Shown: positions 1-12,500 of the stretch, one piece after another
Position numbering within the stretch: the stretch's first letter is position 1
Layout of the letters: every line of letters starts with the position of its first letter
Origin: Nemertoderma westbladi
Lineage: Eukaryota > Animalia > Xenacoelomorpha
NCBI GenBank assembly: GCA_032718475.1
Contig: JAUCBJ010000366.1
Coordinates: forward strand, 1 to 41,383
DNA length: 41,383 bases
Reading direction: 5' to 3'
Made by a program: the position numbers and the translations under genes
The notes under the pieces: model-generated
Told to the model about the DNA's origin: nothing
What the model saw: the letters and a program-made list of their open reading frames with translations, nothing else
The model's database searches: none

Positions 1-1002
1 CATTGAATCATTAAGTTATAAATTGGATAGCTTTGATAATAGCTATGCTTTCTATAATTTAGCCTACTAATGTTCTTATAAAAAGGCAGAAAACATTTCG
101 CTATATCAAAACGGTCTTAAAACACTGATAATAAAGTCTCAAAATCCTAACAAAATCATAACCAAAAGTCCCGTGACTTTAGCTCTCTTATTTTCCAAGA
201 ATCCCGTTCAACGCATGTAATCAGCAGTGAGACAGGATAATTTCAGTTCAGTAGCTCGGGATTGGTCGAAATCAGAACTAACTCAACGCAGGGCTATGGG
301 TAACTAGGGCAACCTTCCCAAGCAGGCTGGCCAATCGAACAGCTCAGATCCCTCCTAAAGGATTCCAACGCCTTGGAGGGGGGAACTGGTTAGCAAAGAA
401 AACAAATCAGTCATATCCCAGAAAAACCTTTACAGTAGGTTTCAGAGTATTTTAGCGTATGGGGGAAAAACTGGGTTGCGGGGCGAAGGGCCAGTTACAT
501 CCCACAGAAGCTTTTACAAAACAACTTTCATGTCTATGCATTATAGAGCAATGTCAATTGATATTATTGAATTTTAGCTAAATGATTTTACAAAATTTTA
601 AATAAATAAAACTTTTATGAAAATAAATAAAACTTTTTAATATAAAACTTAGAGAATGACTGGGAATGCGTTGAACGGGGCTATTATAGAGGGAGGCTAG
701 AATGGATTATCCAATCAGAGTGCGAGGGTGAGTTAGGCAGCCAATCAGGACTCGAAGGAGGAAGGTTAGACAGCCAATGAGAGAGCAGATGCGAGTACAG
801 TGGTAAAGCGCCGGCCATCCATGGTGAGATAACGTCACACTAACTCTCAAGGATAGTTATACTCACCATTCAAATATCCCTCGCAAACCAGATTCCTCCC
901 AGCATCTAAAGTATTCCACTTCAATGCAAAATATATAGAGCTTTAGTTGGATTTGAACCTGTGCTACCTGTGCTTGTAAACTCTTTTGTGCTCGTATATT
1001 GA

Positions 1003-2192
1003 AGTGAGGCATAGACTATGCCTCACTGAGGCATAGTCTATGCCTCAGTGCCTCAGTGAGGCATAGTCTATGCCTCAGTGAGGCAGAGTCTATGCCTCAG
1101 TGCCTCAGTTAGGCACTGAGTGAGGCATAGTCTATGCCTCAGTGAGTCATAGTCTATGCCTCAGTGCCTCAGTGAGGCATAGTCTATGCCTCAGTGAGGC
1201 CTAGTCTATGCCTCAGTGGGGCATAGTCTATGCCCCAGTGAGACATAGTCTATGCCCCAGTGAGGCATAGTCTATGCCTCAGTGCCTCAGTGAGGCATAG
1301 TCTATGCATCAGTGAGTCATAGTCTATGCCTCAGTGCCTCAGTGAGGCATAGTCTATGCCTCAGTGAGGCCTAGTCTATGCCTCAGTGGGGCATAGTCTA
1401 TGCCCCAGTGAGACATAGTCTATGCCCCAGTGAGGCATAGTCTATGCCTCAGTGCCTCAGTGAGGCATAGTCTATGCCTCAGTGAGGCATAGTCTATGCC
1501 TCAGTGAGTCATAGTCTATGCCTCAGTGCCTCAGTGAGGCATAGTCTATGCCTCAGTGAGGCATAGTCTATGCCTCAGTGAGTCATAGTCTATGCCTCAG
1601 TGCCTCAGTGAGGCATAGTCTATGCCTCAGTGAGGCCTAGTCTATGCCTCAGTGAGGCATAGTCTATGCCTCAGTGAGGCCTAGTCTATGCCTCAGTAAG
1701 GCATAGTCTATGCCTCAGTGAGGCATAGTCTATGCCTCAGTGAGGCATAGTCTATGCCTCAGTGAGGCATAGTCTATGCCTCAGTGAGTCATAGTCTATG
1801 CCTCAGTGCCTCAGCGAGGCATAGTCTATGCCTCAGTGCCTCAGTGAGGCATAGTCTATGCCTCAGTGAGACATAGTCTATGCCTCAGTGCCTCAGTGAG
1901 GCATAGTCTATGCCTCAGTGCCTCAGTGAGGCATAGTCTATGCCTCAGTGAGTCATAATCTATGCCTCAGTGAGGCATAGTCTATGCCTCAGTGAGTCAT
2001 AGTCTATGCCTCAGTGCCTCAGCGAGGCATAGTCTATGCCTCAGTGCCTCAGTGAGGCATAGTCTATGCCTCAGTGAGACATAGTCTATGCCTCAGTGCC
2101 TCAGTGAGGCATAGTCTGTGCCTCAGTGCCTCAGTGAGGCATAGTCTATGCCTCAGTGAGTCATAGTCTATGCCTCAGTAAGGCATAGTCTG
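1003..2192. repeat. Tandem palindromic minisatellite; 22-bp unit GAGGCATAGTCTATGCCTCAGT, with 30-bp variants (extra GCCTCAGT)
   Basis: Directly visible. Each unit contains TGAGGCATAG-T-CTATGCCTCA (10-bp arms, 1-nt loop). Higher-order duplications have periods of 170 bp (1141/1311) and 208 bp (1781/1989). Confidence 0.95.
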
Positions 2193-2260
2193 TGTCAGGT
2201 CTTAAATGAGAGTCTTAGAAATTCGAACGTCAACGAACAAATTCGACGGTTACTGTTCCA

Positions 2261-2330
2261 CCTTGGTGTAGTGGTTGCATTGAATTCACATCTCCCATAT
2301 GTCATGGGTTCGATCCCTGCATGAACCAGG
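2261..2330 (+). promoter_or_regulatory. tRNA-like Pol III internal promoter (SINE head or tRNA pseudogene)
   Basis: A-box-like TGGTGTAGTGG at 2264-2274 and B-box GGTTCGATCCC at 2307-2317, at tRNA-like spacing. No convincing cloverleaf. Confidence 0.55.
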
Positions 2331-2433
2331 GCAGGTTTCGTTCGGTCAGCAATAGACCTAACGTTGCAAAATACAGTATTATTGCCTAGTAACCAATTCA
2401 TGGCTGCCATATGGTTTTCACTTTGAGACATTT

Positions 2434-3090
2434 CGCCCTCTAACGGCAGACTGGGGAACTTCAGACTACTCTATGACTCCGCAAAAGATATGGCCTATGC
2501 CGTAGTAGATGCCGATTGGGGGTCAAAATTAAGTAATAATATATCTAAATAAGCCTCAAACATCTTGCCTCATGGCTCGCCCCTTAGAACTCTTTAGCAA
2601 TATAACTTCATAGTTTTGCGGATTGTAAATAAAAAAGCTAGAGAAGATGTTAATTTTAAAATAATACGCCCCCTAGCGGCAGACAGGGGAACTTCAGACT
2701 ACTCTATGTCTCCGCAAAAGATATGACCTATGCCGTAGTAGATGCCGATTGGGGTGTCAAAATCAAGTAATAATATATCTAAATAAGCCTCAAACATCTT
2801 GCCTCATGGCTCGCCTCTTAGAACTCTTGAGCAATATAACTTCATAGTTTTGCGGATTGTAAATAACAAAGCTAGAGAAGATGCTAATTTTCAAATAATA
2901 CGCCCTCTAGCGGCAGACAGGGGAACTTCAGACTACTCTATGTCTCCGCAAAAGAAATGACCTATGCCGTAGTAGATGCCTACCGAGTTTAAACCTATTC
3001 GGAATGAAAATAGCAAAGTTAGAGAAGATGTTAATTTTCAGATCATACGCCCTCTAGCGGCAGACTATGGAACTGCAGACGGCTGGATAT
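2434..3090. repeat. ~234-bp tandem repeat (two full and two partial copies)
   Basis: Units start CGCCC(T/C)CTA(G/A)CGGCAGAC at 2434, 2667, 2901 and 3048. The first three continue with near-identical GGGGAACTTCAGACTACTCTATG. Confidence 0.85.
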
Positions 3091-3426
3091 AGGTAAAAGT
3101 AATTAGTAATCAGAGCTGTCACGAGAGGGGGGCGGGGCGCTTGGATACAACAATTATTAATAAGCTGTTGCTTGGTTAAAGCTAATTGGGGGTCAAAGGT
3201 CAACGATAAAGCTGTCTGGATATAGATAAGAGTAATTAGTTACCAGTAAGGGAGCTGTATACCCTATGGCTAAGTATGGCTAAAAAATCAATGTATAAAG
3301 TAAAAGTAATACAATTAATTAATTTAAAATAAAGGACAAATGAATAATTAATTAAAATTAAATATAAATAAATAGGTATTAATAAATAAAAGAGCCGCGG
3401 TGTCACTTATGTCACCATTTGCTCCT

Positions 3427-3732
3427 CTCGGCGACAGTTAGACCTCACTGACACCCATTGTGTGTCAGGGCGCTAATCAGTCTGATTAATTAGGATAATC
3501 AATTAAACCCTAATTAGGAGTCGTAAGACACCTATTAGGGTTTAATTGTACTAATTAATTGATGCCACCTACCAATTAGCCTAATTGGGAGGTGTCACCC
3601 AGACAGTCTGGCGCCAATGATACCCTATGGGTGATAATAGGGTGTCATATGACTCCAGATGACACCCTATGGGTGATAATAGGGTGTCATATGACACCCA
3701 ATGGGTTTCAGTGAGGTCTAACTGTCGCCGAG
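3427..3732. mobile_element. MITE (non-autonomous DNA transposon), 306 bp
   Basis: ~40-bp terminal inverted repeats CTCGGCGACAGTTAGACCTCACTGA... / ...TCAGTGAGGTCTAACTGTCGCCGAG, with internal GACACC/GGTGTC motifs. TSD is not clean (CCT vs CCG). Confidence 0.75.
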
Positions 3733-3752
3733 CCGTACAAACCCCTACTACT

Positions 3753-4231
3753 GGCAGATGTACAGTCTACAGATACAGACCAAACTCACGGGAAAACAAT
3801 CCCCGCGTAGCGAATCCTAACTATCGCTAATGGACCTAAATACTGTAAACTTGCCGCGGTGTGATTTATATGGGTATAATACGAGCTAGCGGGTCAACGA
3901 CACTAGCGTAAGAAACAATACTGCCGACAGAAAAAGCAGTCAAAAGGGTGCCTGATCAAACAAATACCAAATACCTCTACAAATAATAATAATCCTATCT
4001 GTAAATCAATAAATCTCAAGATGCGTGTGTGTGTGTGTGTTAGGATAAAACAATGTTGGTGTACCGCTGTTATACTAGGTTTTGGTGATTTTAACCAGAT
4101 AACAATACCAGGTGCTAGCTACTTGAATAAGCTAATCGCACGCTGTGAGCGCAATACTTACAAACTGACGTCAAAAGGGCTCTCTCCTCCTATATTCACA
4201 ACTCAGTCGGGCAATTACGGTGTTAGTAACT
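3753..4231. repeat. ~470-480-bp dispersed direct repeat, copy 1 (possible LTR or LTR-leader)
   Basis: Closely matches 32129-32593 (GGCAGATGTACAGTCTAC...GGTGTTAGTAACT). Contains a TATA-like run, AATAAA and TGACGTCA. Confidence 0.8.
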
Positions 4232-4244
4232 GTAAGAGTGCGGC

Positions 4245-4581
4245 ATGTCTTTAAACACTTACCGTAAGAGCCAACTGGAAGAAGTTCTCAGTCAATTACG
4301 AGCTGAAAATGACGATTTCAAAATGCCAGCAACGAAAAAGGAAATCATTGAAGAACTTGATAAAGAGAACCTAACTGTTATTAAAATTCTGCTCAGCCAC
4401 CCGCAATCAGCTAACCAACAACAACCAATGGCGTCTGGAGGTGAGATCAAACAAAAGGTAAGGTTACCTGAATTCTACCCAAAAGACGCACGTGTTTGTT
4501 TCCAGCAGGTTCAAGCGGTATTGCTGGGACACAGTCACTCATCTATGAAATCGAAACTATTAGCAGCATTACCACACACAA
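4245..4581 (+). pseudogene. Ty3/Gypsy gag N-terminal remnant
   Basis: KVRLPEFYPKDARVCFQQVQAVL resembles the Gypsy gag motif VKLPxFWxxDPxxWFxQVEAxF. It continues beyond the LINE insertion at 19574. Confidence 0.6.
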
Positions 4582-5466
4582 GAGCGCAAACCAGTTGTAC
4601 TGGCATTTATTATCATTAGATTAAAATTGGGTAAAATTTAAATATGAACAGATATGCGTTATGAGAACACTAGTAGCATATATCAACGGTATATGACGCA
4701 TTTGAACAGTAGTATATATCAACAATAGTATCATATACAATACAACTGACTGACACACTAAAATTGTACGACATGAATAATGTCAATGGAAACTGAGAGT
4801 AAGTATATATAATACGACTTCCATTCAGTAAGAGTTGTACAGTATATGCGTAGAAGTTCATCAGGTAGTAATCGCAAAAAAAAATCCTCACAAATCAACC
4901 CATCAAAGTATTTAAGTATCCATTAAATTAACCAATTAAATATTAATTAAAACATTTACAAACCACGGTTCACAAAGTAGCGCTCTAATCCCATGGGAGT
5001 AAAATTGTGCAAAAATATTAACAATATATAGCTTTAAAACGAGGCAGGCACGGTACTGGTAAAACAATAATTTAAACGGTGGACCAGCATAATAGTAGGA
5101 TAATCATGAAATTTTAATAAAGGTTCCGTTTAGTGTACGGGATGGACATTGAACACTCCTGGTTAAGTATCTCAATTATATATCATCATCAATAGGCACA
5201 CCGGTCAAGCCGGTTTATAATAAATAAAATTAAGACATTATAAAAATAAGTATACATTTCACATATAACACCAAAATGGACGTCGGTCAATATATATATT
5301 ATCCTATTACTCAGGGTTAATTGTATTCGATCGAGATTCCGTCGGGTGGTGCAACATGCAACCCGTTAATAAGTGGGCCATAAGTCAACATTCGTACGTA
5401 CTTTTACAGCTGTTAATGAGTGTCATACGGGACGAGTATTCTAGAGGTACGTTGGATCGGTATCAA

Positions 5467-6423
5467 TTAATTCCAAAGAACTGTAGGATCCTTCGTTTTT
5501 TTAGCAGCAAATGAGGTGTTTTTCAATGCGTAGCAGTCACGGAGAAATTGCGCCGTGAGTATATCAGCTCGTGGGGGTGGTCCTATGTCAATCCTCGTTA
5601 AGATGTTGGGTGTGGAATATTTGTATGTAAGCAGGGAGTATAGTCTTGGGAGTTGAAATTCGTGTTTAGCCTTATTGTATCCACTGGAAACCCCACAAAA
5701 TTGTTTCTTATGATTCAGGTTCGACAAGGCACGGAAGGATCCTTGCAGAGTGACACTGGGACATGTGGCGTATCGGAGAGCCATTGCAGTGCATTCCTTA
5801 AAAGCCATGACTGAGATTGGTTTGCATCCAGTAAGTGTATAGAGGACGCAGTTAGAAACGTAGGAGCCTGTGTGAATGAGCCCTCTTAGTGATTTGCGGT
5901 AGTAGGAGTCAAGGCTATCAATTTCAGATGAGGATAATGCACCGATATTGAATCGCGTGCTATATATTATAGAAGGTAACGCTACAGACTTCCATAGTTT
6001 AAAGGTTGTCTCCACGTTCAACCATCTAGTGGTCCAGCCGTTGTTATGAAAAAAGTGGGACATGGATGCGATGGATTTCACGCAGTCTGTGTACGCAGTT
6101 TTTCGGTTAGATATTTTGAACCCAAGGAAGGTTAGAGTGTTTGATTCGGTTATCGTGTTCCCAGCATTGACAAGGGGGTATCTCTCAGTCTTAGTTAAGT
6201 GTGTTCTTCCCCAACACATCCATTTAGATTTACTGTGTTCAATCTCTAGGTTAAGTTGTGCACACTGGTCGGTCACGATAGCCACCATTCGTTGTATGTC
6301 CTTAAACGAAGTGCTCAAAATTAGGAAGTCGTCGGCGTATGCTAGAGCTCCCAACCAAACATCATTTATCTTACCCCTGTTTAACCCCCCTGAGTACTCT
6401 GATACATTCGCTATCTGAGTCAA
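5467..6423 (-). pseudogene. LINE ORF2 C-terminal part (RT YADD motif and thumb)
   Basis: LGALAYADDFLILS, KSKWM, TFLG. It is out of frame with the upstream RT; the LSPxLF block expected after GVKQG is missing. A degenerate CCHC remnant (AHLLTGC) lies near 5355-5410. Confidence 0.85.
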
Positions 6424-8051
6424 TAAAGGTGCCGAACTTCAGGTAGACTTTGCTGATGGAGTAATAGTGCATGAGCGTCATTAGTATGTGAGGGTTCAGG
6501 ATTTTTTCAAGTTTATTAAAAAGAAGTGAGTGATCGACATTGTCGAATGCTGATGCTAGATCGAGTTGTAGCACATACACAGGTGAGCCGCTACTCTTGT
6601 AGTGTTGCAGACATTCTAGGACTGTTCCAATCACCAGGTCCGTCCCGATTTTCTTCTGGTAGGCGACCTGATTGGGATGTTGTTTACAGTCTGTGTCGAT
6701 GAGTTCAGAAATTACAATTTGTTCGAACACTTTTGCTAAAAGACAAATTATGGACACAGGCCGATACGAGTTTGGATCGGCGTGGCTACGCCGTTTTCCC
6801 TTGTACACACTTGCGACAATCGTCTTACCGAAGTCAGTGGGGACCTTGTGTAATCGAAAGCACGAGTTGATGATAATGGTAATGAGAGGGCAGATGGCGT
6901 CAGGGTTGACATGCAGAATATGTTCTACTTGTATAGATGCGTAATCAGGTGATTTGCTTGTAGAGAGTGATGCAATCGCTCGTCTCACTGTAAGGGGTGA
7001 GATTGACGGTGATACAGACCCACTGGACTGGTTGTATAAGCGCGATGACAATTGTTCCATATTCTGTTCATAGTTGCAGGGAGTGGTATAGTTGCAGGGA
7101 GTGGTATAGTTGCAGGGAGTGGTATAGTTGCAGGGAGTGGTGAACTTCTTTGTGTAATGTTGTCGGAGCTTGGTTTGCATGGACAGTGGGATTGTGTTCT
7201 TGCTGCTGGGTTTGAACCGTTTCCAAAATGTGTGTTGGTTGTTACGGGAATACGCCCAGCTGTTTGCTTTATTGGCAACAACATTCTTGGACAACCAGTT
7301 TTTCAGACGCCGTGTGTTACGTTTCGATTCCTTGAACTCATTATGAATAGGATCATCTTGTGTTTTACCTCGCTGCTGCCACATAGTGTATAGGTCCTTT
7401 GTCAGTCTGATACGCTGTGTAAGCAGCATTGACCTAATCCGTAGGTTGTGGGATCGCTTGCGGATCTTTATTTTGGGGAGATGTAGATCAGCTGCGGAAG
7501 TAATAATGTCTTGTAACTTACTCGTGATGTCGTTGAGTTGGTCTAACGTTAACAGATTTGGATTGTTAACACTGCATAGGAGGTTGTTAGTGTTGAGTTC
7601 CACGTCTTCCTTGTATCTATTCAGGTCGCTCTCAGTTGCTCGTTCCCAGCATATCCTAGGTTTCATTTTCCTTTGGTGTCCTGGGCAATTGTCTTTTTTC
7701 GGGCTACCGAGAGGACAGATGAAACTGCACACAACCGGTACATGATCAGATAAATTGGTTGGGGGATCACGTTCATAGACAGCACCATTGATGGGGGAGA
7801 GTGAGCTGTTTGTAACAATATGATCAATGTAGGACTCTCCATTACCGTGGAAAGTTACGCATGGTCCACTGAATGGGGGATTAGTGTCAGATGCTAACAA
7901 GGCATTAGTTTCAAGGAATGAGCAGAAAGTTTTACCCCTAGATGTGGGAGATTGGCGTGACGAACGAGGACCCTGAAGGGGTCCCAAGTCGGCATTTGCG
8001 TCTATGAGGAGGATAGGTTCTGCGTCACAGTGGGCTTCAATGATTGCCTCT
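6371..8051 (-). pseudogene. LINE ORF2 middle part (endonuclease C-half, linker, RT N-half)
   Basis: DANADLG, SYIDHI, SDHVPV (APE motifs); NSYRPVS, LDLASAFDNVDH, GVKQG (RT motifs). The first ~58 codons of the tracked ORF 6371..8224 are antisense LTR sequence. Confidence 0.9.
7071..7141. repeat. 18-bp x4 in-frame tandem repeat (TTPCNY)
   Basis: TAGTTGCAGGGAGTGGTA repeated four times inside the ORF2 linker. Confidence 0.95.
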
Positions 8052-8286
8052 TGTGATATCTTAGATATATTATTATGTTTACATGGTTGCTTAGCAATAT
8101 ATATTGGATAGTCAGCTGGTGGCTGGGTATGTCGGTATGTGGTACGGCCTGACAGTCCCCATGTAATATCATATTCAGTAGCATAGCTATACCGGTACAT
8201 AGACAGATATAAATATACATTCATTATATGGAAGTATTATATGACTATTATATGTTCATTATATAAACAAACTGAAAGACATAACA
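8052..8286 (+). repeat. 5' LTR
   Basis: TGTGATATC...CATAACA, directly followed by the PBS. Confidence 0.97.
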
Positions 8287-8364
8287 TGGCGCAGTGTGTT
8301 TTTAGCCAATTCGGCTAACGAACCTTCGAGGGATAAATACACCCACAAACACAATTACCGGTAA

Positions 8365-9581
8365 ATGGCTACCGCTATTTCGCAAGATGATTGGCTGGAC
8401 CTCACCCTCGAGGAGATCAACGAACTCGATCGCGCGGTTCTCCTCGTACACTGCCGAAACGCCGACATCAAATTTAACAGTAAAACGTCAACGGTAATTC
8501 TGCGCGAACGATTATCCGCCACGATATCGGGCGAAACACCACCCCCTTCCATAAACCCAAACCTGGGGGAAATCCTGGCCCTATTGCAACGGGAACGGAT
8601 CGAAGAGGACGAACGTCGGGAGAGCATCCGTGCTGCAGAACGGGCAGCAGAGCGAGCGGAACTCTTTGAACTGCTTAACCTAAGCAGAGGCGGCACCAGC
8701 AACGCATTGACACCGGATCGAAATGCCGATGCAAGGGGGCATGATGGGGTTAAATACACGGCCCGAGTCCCCGATAAACTCGACACTGATTTCAATTATC
8801 AGCGTTACAAGCGCTGGGAGGTGCAGTGGAATAACTATTGTAAAATTATACACATTGATTCCAAACCCCTAGGAGACCAAACAGCTATCTTCTTCTCCAA
8901 CTGCACGCCCGAGTTTCTCAGCCGTATCCACCACCGTCTCAACATCCCTCCCGATACAGACAAACCTTTGCGGCAAATCCATGACGAGATACGAACATAT
9001 CTCCGAGCAGAGAGCAACATCGTGGTAGACAGACACAGACTGGTTGAACTTAAACAAACTGAAGGACGAACGTTTGATGACTACTATGTACGCCTCTGTG
9101 AACTAGCCGAGGACGCAGAGCTCAGTTCGATGACCCCGGACGACTGGATAAAAACAACCCTTATCCGTGGAGTCAGAGATGATGAATCCCGGGAGGAGAT
9201 ATTTACAAAGCACCCTCCTCTAACCCGAGAGGAAACGCTGGACTTCTTCCGAGCGAGGGAAACAGCAGCTAAGGACGTTAAGCTGCTTAGAAACCAACGA
9301 GTCTGTCCAATTAACAGAAGGGAGGACCATGCTGGTAACTCTGGGCGCGCCGCCGGAAATCAAACCCGAAGGCCGTGGAATCGTAGCAGCAGTCATAAAC
9401 GCGGGAAAAACGACGGACGCAATCGGTCGCCATCAACCACCCGTTCTAACTCGAACAACAGGGAGTCGGTTATGAAAACGATACGCCACGCCAAGGAGCG
9501 GGGCCTCTGTCTATACTGTGGAGGTGACTGGCCCCATGGCGAACATAAACCGTGCAAGGCCAGTGGTCACAACTGTAAAAC
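8365..9581 (+). CDS. gag: Gag (capsid plus zinc knuckles)
   Basis: YKRWEVQWNNY and KQTEGRTFDDYYVRLCELAED capsid motifs; knuckle CLYCGGDWPHGEHKPC. The second knuckle CKxCGKSGHFASQC is split by a frameshift at ~9577-9582. Confidence 0.9.
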
Positions 9582-12500
9582 TGTGGAAAATCCGGCCACT
9601 TCGCCTCACAGTGTTTCCAACCAAAACATCCCCAAAAAACCGGCGCTATCCAAATTGCAGACATTGGCGGGTACACCAAGGATCGTTACAAGCCGCTTAT
9701 CGCCGTTGATTTCTTCAAATCCGGTGAATATATAGGAAACAAATGCTGCATAGCAGACACCGGCGCTCAGGTGACTGCAGCGGGAACCAACGTTATGAAT
9801 GAACTGGAACTCCCAAAATGTGCGAAAATTATTAAACCCGATTTACCGCTGGAATCTGTAAATAGCGACCGTATCAATTGCGATGGAATGGTCCAGTTGG
9901 AGCTATCTATCGAAAATAAACTCCACAAGGAGTGGGTTTATGTCTGTCCGGATCTGGGGAGTGACATCTACCTGTCACTAACTGCCTGTAAGGGTCTTGG
10001 GGTCGTCCATCCAGATTTCCCCACACCAATCACTACGACTGCGGTTATAAACTCGATAACTACACAACGGGATGACACCGAAACGATTAAAGTTAAACTC
10101 ATGGAGGAATTCGATGACGTATTTGCCAAGGATGGTCGCCGCCTTCAAACAATGGTTGGGCCTCCGATGACGATCGAACTCGTTGATAATGCGACTCCAT
10201 TCTGCCTGTACGCTGCGAGACCAATTCCCTTTCCCTATCGGGAGAAGGCATATCGAGAACTACTCGACATGGAGTCAAAAGGCGTCATTGAGCGGGTAGG
10301 CGACAGACCGACGGCTTGGTGCCACCCAATCGTGGTCTGTCCCAAACCGAACCGCCCGGGGGAGATCCGCATGACAGTGGATCTTACCAAACTCAACTCA
10401 CAGGTCCGGAGAACGGTACACAACTCCCGGACTCCCCTCGACGTAGTCTCGGATCGAACACCCGGCGCAAAATTCTACACTACCCTCGATGCTAAAAGTG
10501 GGTACTGGCAGGTAGAACTCGACGAGGAATCCCGGGACTATACTACATTCCTGACCCCGTGGGGAAGGTTCCGCTACTGCAGGGCGCCCATGGGCTTTAT
10601 ATCGGCGGGCGACTCCTATAACTTCCGCGGTGATATGGCCCTCGACGGCATTCCTCGTGTCCATAAAATCGTGGACGATATCCTAATTGAAGACAAAACT
10701 CTCGAGGACCACGTACAGCGAGTCCGGACGGTGCTCGGTAAGTGCCGCAATGCCGGAATTACTTTACACCCACCCAAATTTCAATTCGCCAAGCAAAGCG
10801 TAAAATTCGCCGGGTTCGTAGTATCCATGAACGGGATAGAAGCCGATCCGGAGAAAGTAAAGGCCATCGGAGAGTTCCCAACACCCAGCAACATAACGGA
10901 CCTCCGCAGCTTCATGGGGTTAGTCAACCAACTTGGACACTTTAGTAGCGAAATTAGTACCGCCGCAACCCCCTTACGAGATCTTCTTCGAACCCGAAAC
11001 CAGTTCATCTGGACTAGCAACCACGAAGAGGCATTCCTTAACGTTAAACACGCCCTCATACAACCCCCTATCCTAGCAACCTTCGACCCCGGCGCCGAGA
11101 CACGTCTGGAAACCGACGCCAGTCGATTACACGGGTTTGGCTACGACTTACTTCAACTCCACGGCAACCTATGGAAGTTAGTTGCCTGTGGAAGTCGGTT
11201 CATCTCCGACGCGGAGACCAGATACTCAACAATCGAACTCGAGACAGTTGCGATCCGCTTTGCGATAAATAAATGTCGGGTTTATTTGTCTGGGCTTCCA
11301 ACATTTATGGTGGTCACTGATCATAGACCGCTCGTTACGGTTTTCAACGATTATACTATCACGCAGATCGAGAACTTGAAGATACAACGGATCAAAGCAG
11401 ACCTACAATCGCAATACCAGTTCCGAGTCGTCTGGACTAAAGGGAAGTCGCATCGTATCGCGGACTGCCTCAGCCGCTCACCTGTGGACGACCCAACTCC
11501 GGACGATGACTCCGGAAACATCGAACCGATTATAATCGCATCCATTTTCTCCATCCTGTCTAACCAGAATGCAGAGGACGCCAACATGGACCCGGTATTG
11601 GAGGAACTCCGAACGGTCGGGCTTAAAGATCCTAACTATCAGGAACTCATACAGGAAATAAAACATAACTTCCGATCTGGGCAGAAACCGTCGCCATATG
11701 TGACGAAGTTCAACTCAATCGCCCACGAACTCTCGATTACTAACGACATAGTTTTATATGGCCGGCGCATTGTTGTCCCAACGGATCTACAACCAGAGAT
11801 CCTCAAGCGTCTACACGCCTCCCACCAAGGGATGACGCGTACTAAACAACGGGCGAGACAGGCGGTGTACTGGCCCGGAATGAATCGGGATATCGAACTA
11901 ACTGTTAGTCGCTGTGAATCATGTCAGGAACTCCGACCGAGTCTCCAGAGAGAAACACTTAAAACGGACGAGTTACCACAGCGCCCCTTTGAATCCGTGT
12001 CCGCCGACCTATTCTCAATCAGTCGAAACCACTACCTCGTCTACATCGATAGACTATCCGGTTACCCCGTGGTCCACGAGTGGCGACATGATCCCACATC
12101 CAAGGACGTCTCCAATGCCATTAGACCATGGTTTGTAAACTTAGGAATCCCAACTAAATTCAGGTCAGATGGGGGACCACAGTTTGCCGCCTCTTCATTC
12201 GACACTTTCCTCCAACGCTGGGGTGTCAAGTGGAGTCCAAGTACCCCGCATTTCCCATCCAGCAACGGACACGCGGAGGCCGCGGTTAAACTTGTGAAAC
12301 ACCTCCTCCGGAAGGTTCCCCGAAACTCTATACACTCCGAAGAATTCCAAACCGGATTACTCGAAATTCGAAACACCCCCCACGCCAATGGGCGTTCCCC
12401 CAATGAAATAGTCTTTGGGAGACTACTGCATTCTCGAATTCCCGCACATCATTCTGCCTACTCACAACAGTGGCAGGAGAAGGCAGACGAAATCGACCAA

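Noticed and set aside
1003-2192. CRISPR array (palindromic repeats)
   Set aside because: There are no unique spacers and no cas genes, and the context is eukaryotic.
2261-2330. Functional tRNA gene
   Set aside because: A and B boxes are present, but I could not build convincing acceptor and anticodon stems.
4021-4254. Small ORF also present at 32395-32613
   Set aside because: It lies in the duplicated non-coding repeat, has different starts and ends in the two copies, and shows no recognisable motif.
8002-8224. ORF starts MNVYLYLS / MYIYICLC (also at 12939-13155)
   Set aside because: They are antisense readings of the LTRs; the LINE frame resumes at 8051.
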